A stretch of DNA of 64,000 nt from assembly GCA_951406725.2 (NCBI GenBank), contig OX597818.1, positions 57,288,001 to 57,352,000 on the forward strand. Reading direction: 5' to 3'. Below, in pieces: positions 24,510 through 36,780 of this stretch (position 1 is the stretch's first letter; each line of letters opens with the position of its first letter). The notes below the pieces were generated by a model. The model was not told the origin of the DNA and made no database searches. It saw only the letters and a list, made by a program, of their open reading frames with translations. Origin of the DNA: Octopus vulgaris. Taxonomy: Eukaryota. Position numbers and translations under genes: made by a program.

Positions 24510-24873
24510 GGAGGCGCAATGGCCCAGTGGTTAGGGCAGCGGACTCGCGGTCGTAGGATCGCGGTTTCGATTCCCAGAGCGAAAACACCTAAAGCTCTAC
24601 GAGGCTCCGGCAGGGGATGGTGGTGATCCCTGCTGTACTCTTTCGCCACAACTTTCTCTCACTCTTACTTCCGGTTTCTGTTGTACCTGTATTTCAAAAG
24701 GCCGGCCTTGTCACTCTCTGTGTCACGCTGAATATCCCCGAGAACTACGTTAAGGGTACACGTGTCTGTGGAGTGCTCAACCACTTACACGTTAATTTCA
24801 CGAGCAGGCTGTTCCGTTGATCGGATCAACCGGAACCCTCATCGTCGTAACCGACGGAGTGCTAAAGAAGAAG
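24510..24873 (+). mobile_element. SINE C (tRNA-Arg-like head), tail type 1
   Basis: tggcccagtggttagggcagcggacTCGcggtc...gtttcgattccc. TSD actgtatctct (24499-24509, 24874-24884). Confidence 0.88.
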
Positions 24874-24966
24874 ACTGTATCTCTATTCAGGACCAACATA
24901 TCACTATCCAGTTAGATCAGTCAACATGGGCAAAGTAGAGGTAACTTAATAATATATTATATATAT

Positions 24967-25360
24967 ATAGGCGCAGGAGTGGCTGTGTGGTAAGTAGCTT
25001 GCTAACCAGCCACATGGTTCTGGGTTCAGTCCCACTGCGTGGCATCTTGGGCAAATGTCTTCTGCTATAGCCCCGGGCTAACCAAAGCCTTGTGAGTGGA
25101 TTTAGTAGACAGAAACTGAAAGAAGCCTGTCGTATATATGTATGTGTATGTATATGTTTGTGTGTCTGTGTTTGTCCCTCTAGCATTGCTTGACAACCGA
25201 TGCTGGTGTGTTTACGTCCCCGTCACTTAGCGGTTCGGCAAAAGAGACCGGCTTACAAAGAATAAGTCCCGGGGTCGATTTGCTCGACTAAAGGCGGTGC
25301 TCCAGCATGGCCGCAGTCAAAATGACTGAAACAAGTAAAAGAGTAAAAGAGAGTAAAGAG
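24967..25360 (+). mobile_element. SINE A, full length
   Basis: Matches the other SINE A copies. Confidence 0.9.
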
Positions 25361-25363
25361 ATA

Positions 25364-25593
25364 TAGGGTTGGTGCATAGTTATTGCCGCCTTTTTTCGAC
25401 AAAAACAATAACAATATTTAACAAAACACCTTTAAATGGCGGTCTGACCGTCTGCTAAGCAAACAGGAAGCAGTAATTGAAGTAGATGGTGAATATGCTC
25501 CGGAACAATCATTTCAAGATGTTTTTGTTAAATCTTGTTATTGTTTTTGTTGAATAATATGTGTTGGGTGGGGGGCGCAATAATTATGCACCA

Positions 25594-25599
<6 letters not shown>
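25364..25599 (+). mobile_element. Mariner-derived MITE
   Basis: TIR tagggttggtgcata with TA flanks and residual transposase C-terminus EAVIEVDGEY. Confidence 0.8.
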
Positions 25600-25637
<38 letters not shown>

Positions 25638-25640
<3 letters not shown>

Positions 25641-25842
25641 TCTTTTACTTGTTTCAGTTATTTGATTGTGGCCATGCTGCAGCACCGCCTTTAGTCGATC
25701 AAATCGACCATAGAACTTATTCTTTGTAAGCCGGTCTCTTTGCCGAACCGCTAAGTTACGGGGACGTAAGCACACCAGCATCGGTTGTCAAGCGATGGTG
25801 TGTGGGGACAAACACAGACACACAAACATACGCACACGCACA

Positions 25843-25885
<43 letters not shown>

Positions 25886-26097
25886 GACAGGCTTCTTTCA
25901 GTTTCTGTCTACCAAATCCACTCACAGCCTTGTCAAACTGTGACACGCTGAATCTCCCCGAGAACTACGTTAAGGATCTACGTGTGTGTGTGTGTGTGGA
26001 GTGCTCAGCCACTTGCACGTACATTTCATGAGTAGGCTTTTCCGTTGATCGGATCAACTGGAAGCCTCGTCGTTGTCGTCGTAACCGACGGAGTGTC
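25638..26097. mobile_element. SINE A 3' part (minus, to about 25927) joined to SINE C tail (plus)
   Basis: Junction at ctcacagccttgtca. Each half matches its family. Confidence 0.75.
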
Positions 26098-26190
26098 ACG
26101 ATATATGTAAATTTCGATTAGAAGGAATGGTGTCATTCGATGTTCGATTTGTGTTGATAATAAACTTCACAATCTTCGTTTTCTTCTTCC

Positions 26191-26229
<39 letters not shown>

Positions 26230-26308
26230 CCCCATTTACTTAGTCTCATTATCATGCAGTTCACTCCTTCCAATATGCCGAAGGCTTCACAATGGAATAT
26301 CTAAATTC

Positions 26309-26341
<33 letters not shown>

Positions 26342-26371
26342 CTATATATTTGTATTGTTAAGAAAATAATT

Positions 26372-26734
26372 TATTTCTTAATTGCCCACAAGGGGCTAAA
26401 CACAGAGAGGACAAACAAGGACAGACAAACGGATTATGTCGATTAAAGGCAAAGTCGACCTCGGCGGAATTTGAACTCAGAACGTAACGGCAGACGAAAT
26501 ACCTATTTCTTTACTAACCACAAGGGGCTAAACACAGAGAGGACAAACAAGGACAGACAAACGGATTATGCCGATTACATCGACCCCAGTTCGAAACTGG
26601 TACTTAATTTATCGACTCCGAAAGGATGAAAGGCAAAGTCGACCTCGGCGGAATTTGAACTCAGAACGTGGAGACAGACGAAATACCACTAAGAATTTCG
26701 CCCGGCGTGTTAACGATTCTGCCAGCTCGCCGCC
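26372..26734 (-). mobile_element. SINE B dimer, one unit internally deleted
   Basis: Head plus two units, flanked by duplicated tgttaagaaaataat. Confidence 0.85.
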
Positions 26735-26765
26735 CTTTGTTAAGAAAATAATGTAAGCCTATTAT

Positions 26766-27085
26766 ATAGGCGCAGGCATGACTGTATTGTGAGAAGTTTG
26801 CTTTCCAACCAGAGGGTTCCGTTTTCAATCCCACTGCGTGGCACCTTGAGCAAATGCATTTTGCTATAGTCTCGAGTCAACTAAAAACTTGTGAGTGTAT
26901 ATGATAGAAGGAAACTGAACGAAGCCCTACATATACATACATACATACATACATACACAGGCATATTCCTCTGTCCATATATATATATATGCCTGTGCGT
27001 AATCCTTTGTGTTTGTATTCTTTCCCAACACCCTGCTTGGCAGCCGGTGTTGGTGTGTATACGTCCTCCCAACTGAGCGGTTTGG
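26766..27085 (+). mobile_element. SINE A, degenerate
   Basis: ataggcgcagg...cccactgcgtggcaccttgagcaa. Confidence 0.7.
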
Positions 27086-27837
27086 TTTAAAGTGTGAAAT
27101 GGTATTTGTCGTAGGAAATTGGATCTCCAGTAGATGTAACAATATTGAAATTGTTACTACTCTTCATATTGAAGAAAAGAATGAATTCATTTATAGAATG
27201 AATCTCCATTCACATCGAAAATTTGTTCCTGCACCGCTCCAAGTAAATGAATTACAATATTATATCTTTCTATATTAATATGAAGTGCTGTCAAAGGTCA
27301 TAAGCAGTTCGATATTGTATTCAAGTGTAACATGACATATTTATCATTATTTTTGGCTGGAGGTTATCACGGAAGGAATTATAGCGGAATACTAATAGAC
27401 GTCAGTACTCACAGGTATATTAAGGATTTATTACAAATTTTTGTTTAGAGATATAGAACTGATTTCACCTGCAGTTAATCTAACTGACCTAAGCACTTGA
27501 CTGCTACTAATCACAATAATTCCGCAAAGATGAAAAGCAAAACTGACCGCATTATATGGTTAGACCATTAAAAAAGAATAGTTTTAAATTTTGGCACAAG
27601 CCAGCAGTCTTGAGCCGAGTGACAAGGCAGGTCAATCATTACAACACTTCTAGTGCTTGACTGGTACTTTATTTTAACGATCGTAAATGAACGAAAGGTA
27701 AAGTTGACCTGAACGGCATTTTGACTCCGAACGTACATTAGAAGAAATACCGCTAAACATTCTGCCCGAGGCGCTAACAATGTGAGCAGCTCATATCCTT
27801 TGCGTATTAAGGAAATAATAAATTGATAAAAGTATAT

Positions 27838-28243
27838 ATTTCTTTACTACCCACAAGGGGCTAAACACAGAGAGGACAGAAAAACGGATTAAGTCGATTA
27901 TATCGACCCCAGTGCGTAAATGGTAATTAATTTATCGACCCCAAAAGGATGAAAGGCAAAGTCGACCCCGGCGTAATTTGAACTCAGAACGTAACGGCAG
28001 AAGGAAATGCCTATTTCTTTACTACCCACAAGGGGATAAACACAACGAGGACAAACAAGGACAGACAAACGGATTAAGTCGATTAGATCCAATCCAGTAC
28101 GCAACTGGTACTTAATTTATCGACCCCGAAAGAATGAAAGGCAAAGTCGACCTCGGCGGAATTTGAACTCAGAACGTAACCGCAGACGAAATACGGCTAC
28201 GCATTTCGCCCGGCGTGCTAACGTTTCTGCCAGCTCGCCGCCT
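27838..28243 (-). mobile_element. SINE B dimer; a degenerate copy lies at about 27570-27795
   Basis: Head plus two bodies. Confidence 0.88.
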
Positions 28244-28249
28244 TCCTTT

Positions 28250-28412
28250 AAAGTCGTGGCGAAAGAGTACAACAGGGGTCGCCACCACCCCCCTGCTGGA
28301 GCCTCATGGAGCTTTTAGTTGTTTTCGCCCAATAAACACACAGTCTGGGAATCGAAACCGCGATCCTCCGACCGCGAGTCCGTTGCCCTAACCACTGGAC
28401 CATTGCGCCTCC
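28250..28412 (-). mobile_element. SINE C 5' part
   Basis: Reverse complement of the SINE C head and body. Confidence 0.8.
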
Positions 28413-29157
28413 TGGAAATAATAAATTGGTCAAAGCATAGCCCACTTCTGGGAATGCACCAATTCCACAACGTCTTCTTCCCATACAATAAAACAATAAA
28501 TTCATCATTAAAAAGCGTGTTTAGATATTCGCAAAGATAAGTAATATCTAAAATTTCCTATTAATCTCTTATAGACATGGTATCATTGCTAAGTAATCTA
28601 TAACCATCTATAACTCTACAGTTTGATGCTCTAGAGTATTTAATAAAAAGATTTTATCTAGAACTTGTAGATTAACGATAGAATATATTGGCAAGAATCT
28701 AAACAAAAGTGTGAACTGAATAAGCATTTGACGGATACATTCTTCACTCTTTATCTCACATTTTCTCCTCTCCGTACGCCATCCCATACTTGAACCGTAT
28801 ACATCATGCGACTTCAGTTTTTTTTTTCTTCTATCTAACAAATAACATATAAACACTTTGAAATGCTTAGGTGTTGGTTGTGGAAGATGTAAGGAAATGC
28901 CGAGTAAACCCTATAAAGAATCAACCATCAAGTGAAGTTTTATAAATACTTGTATCTATTTCGTATTTCATTCACACCCAATCTCACGGTGTAGGCAGAT
29001 ATGTACACTTTCATCAGCACAATGTAAAAAGCCAAGCTTTGTTGAAAACAAACAAGTGATTTCTGTCACTTGTAAGCAATCGTATATCATTGAGAATCTC
29101 AAAAGAAACGTTTAGAGAAAAGTTAGAAGCATACATGTCTATGTGCGCGTGTAGGTA

Positions 29158-29195
<38 letters not shown>

Positions 29196-29205
29196 TATAT
29201 ATGTA

Positions 29206-29292
<87 letters not shown>

Positions 29293-29739
29293 GTGTGTGT
29301 GTATATATGTATATATGTATATATGTGCTTGAATATGTGTATACATACATTACACACACACACACACGTATATATATGTATATACTTGTCGCTACAAATA
29401 CACATGCAAGATATTAAGGATGCTCACACACTCATAATATGCTAATACGCATACAAACACGCACACACGGATAAATACGCTGATCTCAAAGCATGAAGGA
29501 GTTTCTCGCAATAGTGTCGAACAGAAAACCAACTAAATATGTCTTCGTATCTGAATTAAAGCTTATCCTAAATTGTTTTACCATTCTACTTTATAAGTTA
29601 AATGACATTACATCGCTGAAATCCTGTTTTAGTAGCTATATGTCACTGCACATCAAATAACAAAAATGATGATGATCATAAAAATGCAGAATCTGTACAA
29701 AAAAAGACGAAAGTATTAAGGATCTTTAAAATAAATGCA

Positions 29740-30420
29740 GTAAGCTAGTTCGGGAACACTATAAGTGCAGGCTTTAGGGAGCCGGTAAATGAGTGCATTA
29801 CAATGTTAGCAAAGTGTGTTGATGCGAAATAAAACGTAAGTGGTGTGAATGCGAACGAGAGGCTGTGATACAAGGTAAGAATTACAGTATAACATGGGAC
29901 TCACTCGTTTAAACTAACCCCACTACTGAAGCATGAAGAATGGATGAGATCGTAGAGAGCAATGTTGTTTGTTCCTTTTCGAGCCATGCCTGGCTCATAA
30001 GGGCCGGTTTCCCGGTTTATTGGCGTATAGGTTCCCCACCTTGACGGGACGCTGGTCCGTCGCAGCTGAGCTGCAAGATGCAGGAGGAAATAGCGAGAGA
30101 AAGTTGTGTCGAAAGAGTCAGCAGAAGTTCGCCATTACCTTCTGCCGGAGCCGCGTGGAGCTTAGATGTTTTCGCTCATAAACACACACACACACCGCCC
30201 GGTATGAGATTCGAACCCGCGATCCCTCGACCGCGAGTTCGCTGCTCTAACCACTAGGCCATGTGCCTCCTAGAGCGCAACAGAAACTGAAAAGTGTAAG
30301 TTCATAAACTTCGAAATACATGTGAACATTGTGGATCCCGAAGAACATATTGGGAAATATCGGGGCCTAATCAGAGAAATGAAAAGATTGAAGAAGGTAA
30401 TTGTTGCTCTCGTATAACCC
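29740..30420 (+). mobile_element. Very decayed R4/Dong-like 3' fragment interrupted by a SINE C variant
   Basis: KCRL, KWCECEREAVI (compare WYQHTPEK at 11170) and KYRGLIREMKRL. Confidence 0.45.
29963..30270 (-). mobile_element. SINE C variant with tail type 2'
   Basis: Same architecture as 58275-58568, flanked by tagag(a/c)gcaa. Confidence 0.82.
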
Positions 30421-30524
30421 CTAAATCAGTAAGAGACTGAAGTTTGAGATTATGGGAGATTTATTGTCACCAAACATCAAAACAACATAGATTTCATAAC
30501 AATAATAGCAATAATGATAATAAT

Positions 30525-31073
30525 GCCCTGATGCAGTACCAGGCAGTGGCTCTCGTGGCTTCTGATCTTAACCGATTGGAAGTGTTATCATATACATTGT
30601 TTTGTCTTGGTATAAAAGATGGGCTACAGCAAATATTCTGCTCAATACCACAGATTTGCTTGTCAGTTGTTTAACCTTAACCAGTTGAGCATGTCCCTTA
30701 GTGGCTGACGATATGTGCATCTCTGATCAGAGGCAGAAGTAGTGGGGGAGCATCACAGTCATGTGTTGAGAGGGATTCTTTGGGGTTTGAATAATTCACC
30801 TCTGGAAACATGGGTGTTTCATTCAACATCCTTAATAACTCTTATTAAGGACCTTTTGAGCGGGATGGGTTACTCGACAAGAAGAAAATTCTAACTGGGC
30901 CCCACCTGCAAGGTCATGTGCTGTTTATCTTGATATGAGATCACCATGTCGCGCACATGTTGTGATGCATATGCCTAGTGTACCCTTATCAGACGGGTAG
31001 TCATGATGGGTATACTGGACTTTGTATATTTTACCCCAGTGTCACTTTGATGGCATGCACTGCACTCTCATTC
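30525..31073 (+). mobile_element. About 550-bp non-coding element embedded in (AAT)n (family D); second copy at 36038-36576
   Basis: The two copies are colinear end to end (gccctgatgcagtaccaggcagtg...ctctca) and both lie within AAT/GAT triplet tracts. No ORF, TIR or clear pol III boxes. Confidence 0.75.
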
Positions 31074-31114
<41 letters not shown>

Positions 31115-31116
<2 letters not shown>

Positions 31117-32110
31117 GAAACAAGTACAGAAAAGCTAAGCGTATGAAAACCCGTGCTAAAATTGCTGCCATAGAAATTCTTACTGATATATTGCAAGAAA
31201 AACTTTTCAGTGGCAAATACCCACAGAGAGCTAATAATGCCAATGTTGACAAAGCCCTTACCCATCAATGGTTAATGGCTTCTGGCTTAAAATCAGAAAC
31301 AAAAGGATTTATCATAGCAGTCCAATATCAATGCCTACCTCCACGGAGCTACCAGGCTAACATATTAAAGAACGGCAGTAGTCGAACATGTCGTGTATGT
31401 AAACAACAAAATGAAACCATCGATTATGTTTTCTCACTATGCAGTCTAGCGCCTACAGAGTATCTCAACAGACATGCTGGAGCAGCACAATATATTCACA
31501 AGGTAATTTGCAAATAACTAGGACCTGCTCCCTAGTGGGAACACAAACCACCTCCAGTGCTTGAAAATGACTACATCTCACTGCTCTGGAACTTCTCCGT
31601 TCAAACTGACAGATAAATGCGAATATGCCAGAAAGTATATTGAAGGATTTCAGACATAAATGATGCCGCCGCATTGATATGACAGTCCCAATCGACATAA
31701 ATGTAACGACTCTTCAAGACCTACCAAAAACTGAGCAAGTATTAAAATCTGGAAATAGAAATTGGCAAAATGCGGAACCTGAAGACTAAAACAATACCTG
31801 TTGTCATAGGAGCCTTAGGAATGATAGCAAGTTGGGGCTGATTGCAGCCTAGCTCAGATACCAAGAAATCCCAAAACGGCAGTAATTCAAAAGATAATTC
31901 TCATGGGAACTGCCCATATCCTACGTAAAATACTGCCTATTTAATCTCAAATTTTAAAACAAACTCATAATTTTCTTATCTTTTCATACAAAACCAAATA
32001 TATGACACCCTAGGAATAACTCCAACATGAACTTCTAACTGGTTGTCTCTTGAGGTCCCTGGGTGAAACTTGGAGTCAATTTGTATAAATACAAAGCAAA
32101 ATTCAAACAT
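31115..32110 (+). mobile_element. R4/Dong-like LINE 3' fragment with 3' UTR
   Basis: HQWLMASGLKSETKGFIIA, CRVCKQQNETIDYV, YLNRH, IDMTVP, PVVIGALG, MGTAHILRKIL. (AAT)n on both sides. Confidence 0.88.
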
Positions 32111-32145
32111 TATTATTAATAATAATAATAATAATAATAATAATG

Positions 32146-32182
<37 letters not shown>

Positions 32183-32199
32183 TGATGATGATGATGATG

Positions 32200-32560
32200 A
32201 AAAAAGTTTAAAAAGTAACTCATAGGAACTGATAATATCCTACGAAAAATATTGTCTACGTGAGAAAAATATTTTATTCTGTAAACATTGTCAAAAGTAC
32301 TTTTATATGTACATAATAGCAAACACCTTTTGCTGTCATCTTAAGATCACACTGTCATCTTATTATCAAATTACTTTTTAAAACAAACTTCTTGTCTTCT
32401 TATGTTTTGACAGACATTCTCTTCAACAATACTTTGTGCAAGACCACAAATATGGCACCCTAGTATTAACACCAAAATAAAATTCTAACTTGTGTCTTGA
32501 GATCTCTGGGTGAGACTTGGAGTCAACTTGTACAGATACAAATATAAATCTAATAAAGAT
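32200..32560 (+). mobile_element. Second, shorter 3' end of the same R4-like family
   Basis: IGTDNILRKILS, plus a 3' UTR at 32445-32555 matching 31995-32108. Confidence 0.75.
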
Positions 32561-32776
32561 AATACACGAACAAACAATAGCATACACATTCGGACTTATC
32601 TACTACTTTGTATGTCTTTAAAACGATGAGATTCAGAATGTAGAAAACTAACACAATATACATCCAGAACTCTAGAATGTTACGTTCTCCAAACGATTGT
32701 CAAATTGATGGTAACTTAACGAACATAGTGTAACGGTAGACTTTGTAAGAGTGGTGAGGTATACGGCAGCAATGTG

Positions 32777-33161
32777 TGGAGGCGCAATGGCCCAGTGGTT
32801 AGGACAGCAGACTCGCGGTCATAGGATCGCGGTTTCGATTCCCAGACCGGGCGTTGTGAGTGTTTATTGAGCGAAAACACCCTAAAAGCTCCACGAGGCC
32901 CCGGCAGGGGATGGTGGTGATCCCTGCTGTACTCTTTCACCACAACTTTCTCTCACTCTTACTTCCTGTTTCTGTTGTACCTATATTTCAAAGGGCCGAC
33001 CTTGTCACTCTCTGTGTCACGCTGAATATCCCCGAGAACTACGTTAAGGGTACACGTGTCTGTGGAGTGCTCAGCCACTTACACGTTAATTTCACGAGCA
33101 GGCTGTTCCATTGATTCGGATCAAGCGGAACCCTCGTCGTCGTAACCGACGGAGTGCTTCC
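32777..33161 (+). mobile_element. SINE C, full length, tail type 1
   Basis: TSD acggcagcaatgtg on both sides. Confidence 0.9.
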
Positions 33162-33354
33162 ACGGCAGCAATGTGCCAAATTCAAGAATGCTGAAAATGT
33201 ATTCAACCTTTTTATCTGCCGAATTCGTTATCTGCTGATGTACATGAAAACAAAATTAGAGTGGAGGAAAGAGGTAAAGTCTATGCTGGATAATGTAAAT
33301 AAATGATGCAGACGACATGTTTTTAACACCGTATTAGGTTTTGAAAGAGAGTAA

Positions 33355-33584
33355 TCTCTCTATATATAAAGCTGAAGTTGTCTGTGCATGGCAGGTTTGA
33401 TAGCCTTCAACTAACACTATCTCCTCCGGGACCCTGCGGTGCAAATTGTCCAAAATTGAGAGTATGATAGAAGAAGGCTTGCTCTTCCTTCCGTAGAAGA
33501 AAAAATTCAAATCGGACCATGTTAACACCAAAAATTATTTACATCAAAAAGGTGCTTTTTTTTTATGAAAATCCCTATTTTTTA
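33355..33584 (+). mobile_element. Helitron-like 5' fragment
   Basis: A|TCtctatatataaagctgaagttgtctgtg...tgcggtgcaaattgtccaaaa resembles the 5' end of the element at 50736-51127. No CTAG end found. Confidence 0.5.
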
Positions 33585-33780
33585 TGGCGTATGTGTTCCC
33601 CAGCTGGACGGGACGCCAGTCCATCGCAGCGTTACTCATTTTTGCCAGCTGAGTAGACTGGAACAACGTGAAATGAAGTGTTTTGCTCGAGAACACAACG
33701 CGTCGCCCAGTCCCGGAATCGAAACCACAATCTTCCGATCATGGAACTGACACTCTAACCACTAAGCCACGCGCCTCCAC
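33585..33780 (-). mobile_element. tRNA-derived SINE with CORE-like body and tail type 2
   Basis: Minus strand gttgtgttctcgagcaaaacacttcatttc...cagctggcaaaaatgagta (CORE-like) then acgctgcgatggactggcgtcccgtccagctgg. Confidence 0.7.
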
Positions 33781-34139
33781 ACACACACACACATATATGT
33801 AGTGTGTGTGTGTGTTTGCTTGTGAGTGTATATATATGTTTATTTGGACGTGAACATAAGTGAATGCATAATTATATAAATGAGTACACGTAATTATAAA
33901 TGTAGATTTGTACCTATAAATACAAGGAAGGCCTTTCTGAATTCCATTCTTCGTAACGACTCTTCAAAATATAACAAAAGAATCGGAAACCCATGGAAAC
34001 GTTTTCCATCACGAACCAACGACATCTCCTCCGCAGGAATCAACTCACGCGAAACCTCATAATACTTCACAAAGGAGAGCAATACAATGGAGATAACGTT
34101 CCGGAGAATAACAGATCTCGTAAAACAATGATTTTCTTT

Positions 34140-34550
34140 TATCGCTTACCTGTGTCAGTCATTCAGGCTGCGGCCATGCTGGGGCATCGCCTTGAAGAAT
34201 ATTGATGGAACACGTCGAGCCCAGTACGTATTTTATTTGAAGGTTGCTATTCTATCGATCACTTTGGCGAACCACTAGGCCACGGGACGTATACATATCT
34301 AAATAGGTAGTGAAGCGGTGGTGGGAGACGAACACACAGACATATAGACACACTCACACACACACATAAAAATACACACACGTCTATATATATATGATGG
34401 GCTTCTTTCAGTTTCCGTCTGCCAAATCCACAAGGCTTTGGTCGGTCCGAGGAGGTAGTAGAAAACATTTACCACTTGGTGCCATGTAGGATTGAACCCG
34501 CTGTCATGTAGTTGAGAAGCAAACTTATTACCACACAACTACGCCTATAT
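34140..34550 (-). mobile_element. SINE A, degenerate
   Basis: Recognisable tail, middle and head blocks. Confidence 0.72.
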
Positions 34551-34729
34551 ATTATATATATAAAAAAATACAAAATGGGACAAGAACGCAAAATATCCAG
34601 ACAGGTGATACAAAAAAGGGACAACAAAACATCCAGATAGACAATACAAAGAAAACAAGGACGGGTCATTCGGAGTTTTCTTTCCTCAGTCGAGTTCCAG
34701 ATTATCTTTGCTATTTCGGCTGGTTATAC

Positions 34730-35228
34730 CCTCTGTGTATTTGCCCCCTCTGTGTGTAGCCCCTTGTGGGCAGTAAAGAAATAAGAAACGTTAAAACGCC
34801 GGGTGAAATGCGTAGCCGCATTTCGTCTGTCTTTACGTTCTGAGTTCAAATTCCGCTGAGGTCGACTTTGCCTTTCATCCTTTCAGGGTCGATTAAATAA
34901 GTACCAGTTACGCACTGGAGTTGATGTAATCGACTTAATCTCTTTGTCGGTCCTTGTTTGTCCTCTCTATGTTTAGCTCCTTGTGGGCAATAGAGAAATA
35001 AATATAAGATTAAGGCAGCGAACTGGCAGAAACGTTAGCACATCGGATAAAAAGCTTAGCGGTATTTCGTCTGTCTTTACGCTCTGAGTTCAAATTCCGC
35101 CGAGGTCGAATTTGCCTTTCATTCTTTCGGGGTCGATAAATTAAGTACCAACTGCGTAGTGGAGTCGATCTAATCGACTGGCCCCCACTCCCCGAAAATT
35201 TCGGGCCTTGTGCCTAAAGTAGAAAAGA
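34730..35228 (+). mobile_element. SINE B cluster (partial tail, unit, and monomer with the alternative tail)
   Basis: Matches SINE B blocks. Confidence 0.85.
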
Positions 35229-36037
35229 ACATTATAATAAGGCTTTTTATAATAATGTTTGATTGTCTGAATTGTGCTAATTCAATGTCCAGACTTGCAA
35301 AAGAGTTAACTTTTTGCTGTTCCTGGTTTTCTTGTGGCTTTGAACTTTTATTTTATTTTTATTACCATCATTTCTGTCTGTCTTTAGTATTGTTGCTGTC
35401 ATTAGTGTTGTTGTTTTTGATGATGGCGAAGATCTTGTTGACCTTTCTAAGGTTTTAAGCCTTTAATACATTATTTTATCCAATTTTATTGTTGTTAGTT
35501 TTGTCGTTGTTTTCGGTTCTTTGTCTGTTTTTGTTGCTATTGTTGTTTATATGAATGACTTCCGCTGCATCATAACATTACCATTGTTGACGGAGTTAAC
35601 GTTTACACATTCCTTATATTTCACTGACAAATCTAAAATATTCACTTATTTAGTTTGACAAGCAAAATCCTGATAACAGACGACAGTTTAGCGTTGCGGC
35701 CACCATCGCTGTTATGGCTGTCACTTACCGATCTTCTAATTCAAATGTCAAATTTGTGAAAATTTCATACAAACAGGTTTGTTTACTGGCTGTAGACGAC
35801 GTTGAAAATAACTATGTTCCATCCGACCTCACTCTATTCCCCCATTTCGCGACAATCTCAGAGTTTTGAAATCCGTTTGATTCATGACAATTAGACAATC
35901 GGAACGCTTAAACAATTAGAACGATGAAAAACTCCTACGATCTTTGGAAAGATGTTGGAAAGATGGCGAAAATTTACGAAACTACAACATTTAAAATTAG
36001 AGAATTTCGAATGATGATGATGAAGGTGATGATAAAT

Positions 36038-36576
36038 GCCATTATGCAGCACCAGGCAGTGACTCCTATATCTTCTGATCTTAACTGATTGGAAGTGTTA
36101 TCATGTACACGTTTTGTGCTGGTGTTAAAGATGACTGAAGCATATATTCTTTTCAATGCCACAGATTGACCTTAATCATTTGCTGATGTCCCTTAGTGGC
36201 TGATATGTGCATCTCTAATTACGAGCACGTTTAGTGGGGAAGCACCATAACCATGTATCGAGAGGAATTCTTTTGGGGTTTGAATAAATCTCCGTTGGTA
36301 ACATGGATGTTTCGTTCATCATCCTTAAATAACCATTGTTTAGGAACCTTTTACGGGGGATGGTCTATTGGACCTAAAGAAAATCCTACCTGGCCATCAC
36401 CTTCAAGGTCATATGCTTGCTGTTTATTTTGATATGAGATCGCTTTGTCGCGCACATGTGGTTGTGAAACATCTGCTTGGTGTACCCTTATCAGACGAAT
36501 AGTCGTGATGGATATATTGGGCTTCGTATATTTGTACCCCAGCGTTACTATGGTGGTATATACAGCTGTATCTCTC
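36038..36576 (+). mobile_element. Family D element, diverged copy
   Basis: Colinear with 30525-31073. Confidence 0.75.
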
Positions 36577-36591
36577 AATAATAACAATAAT

Positions 36592-36780
36592 ACTTCGTTT
36601 TTAGTTTGCAAGATTCTTTATACGAGTTCGTGTGTTGAAGCATATTCTGTTGTGCTTGGAGAGAGAGTTTCTTTTTGTGCCTTATAATGTAACACACTCA
36701 CCGGTAAAATTTCCACTTATTTCTTATTTTTATTTTCCTAAAATTTTCGTTGCATCTTGCAACCTTTTCAATAGTCTTCA
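36592..36780. mobile_element. Unclassified 189-bp insertion
   Basis: Flanked by a perfect 20-bp direct repeat ctctcaataataacaataat (36572-36591, 36781-36800). Confidence 0.6.

Noticed and set aside
24510-24580. tRNA-Arg(TCG)-like gene
   Set aside because: It has no complete acceptor stem and continues into a repeated SINE body with a TSD, so it is a SINE head. The same holds for SINE A and B heads.
28947-29022. Minus-strand CTGATGA...GAAA hammerhead candidate
   Set aside because: Stems I and III pair poorly. It may be a decayed copy but is not supportable alone.
30525-30590. Antisense resemblance of the family D 5' end to U2 snRNA
   Set aside because: Only two short non-contiguous matches from memory, consistent with chance.
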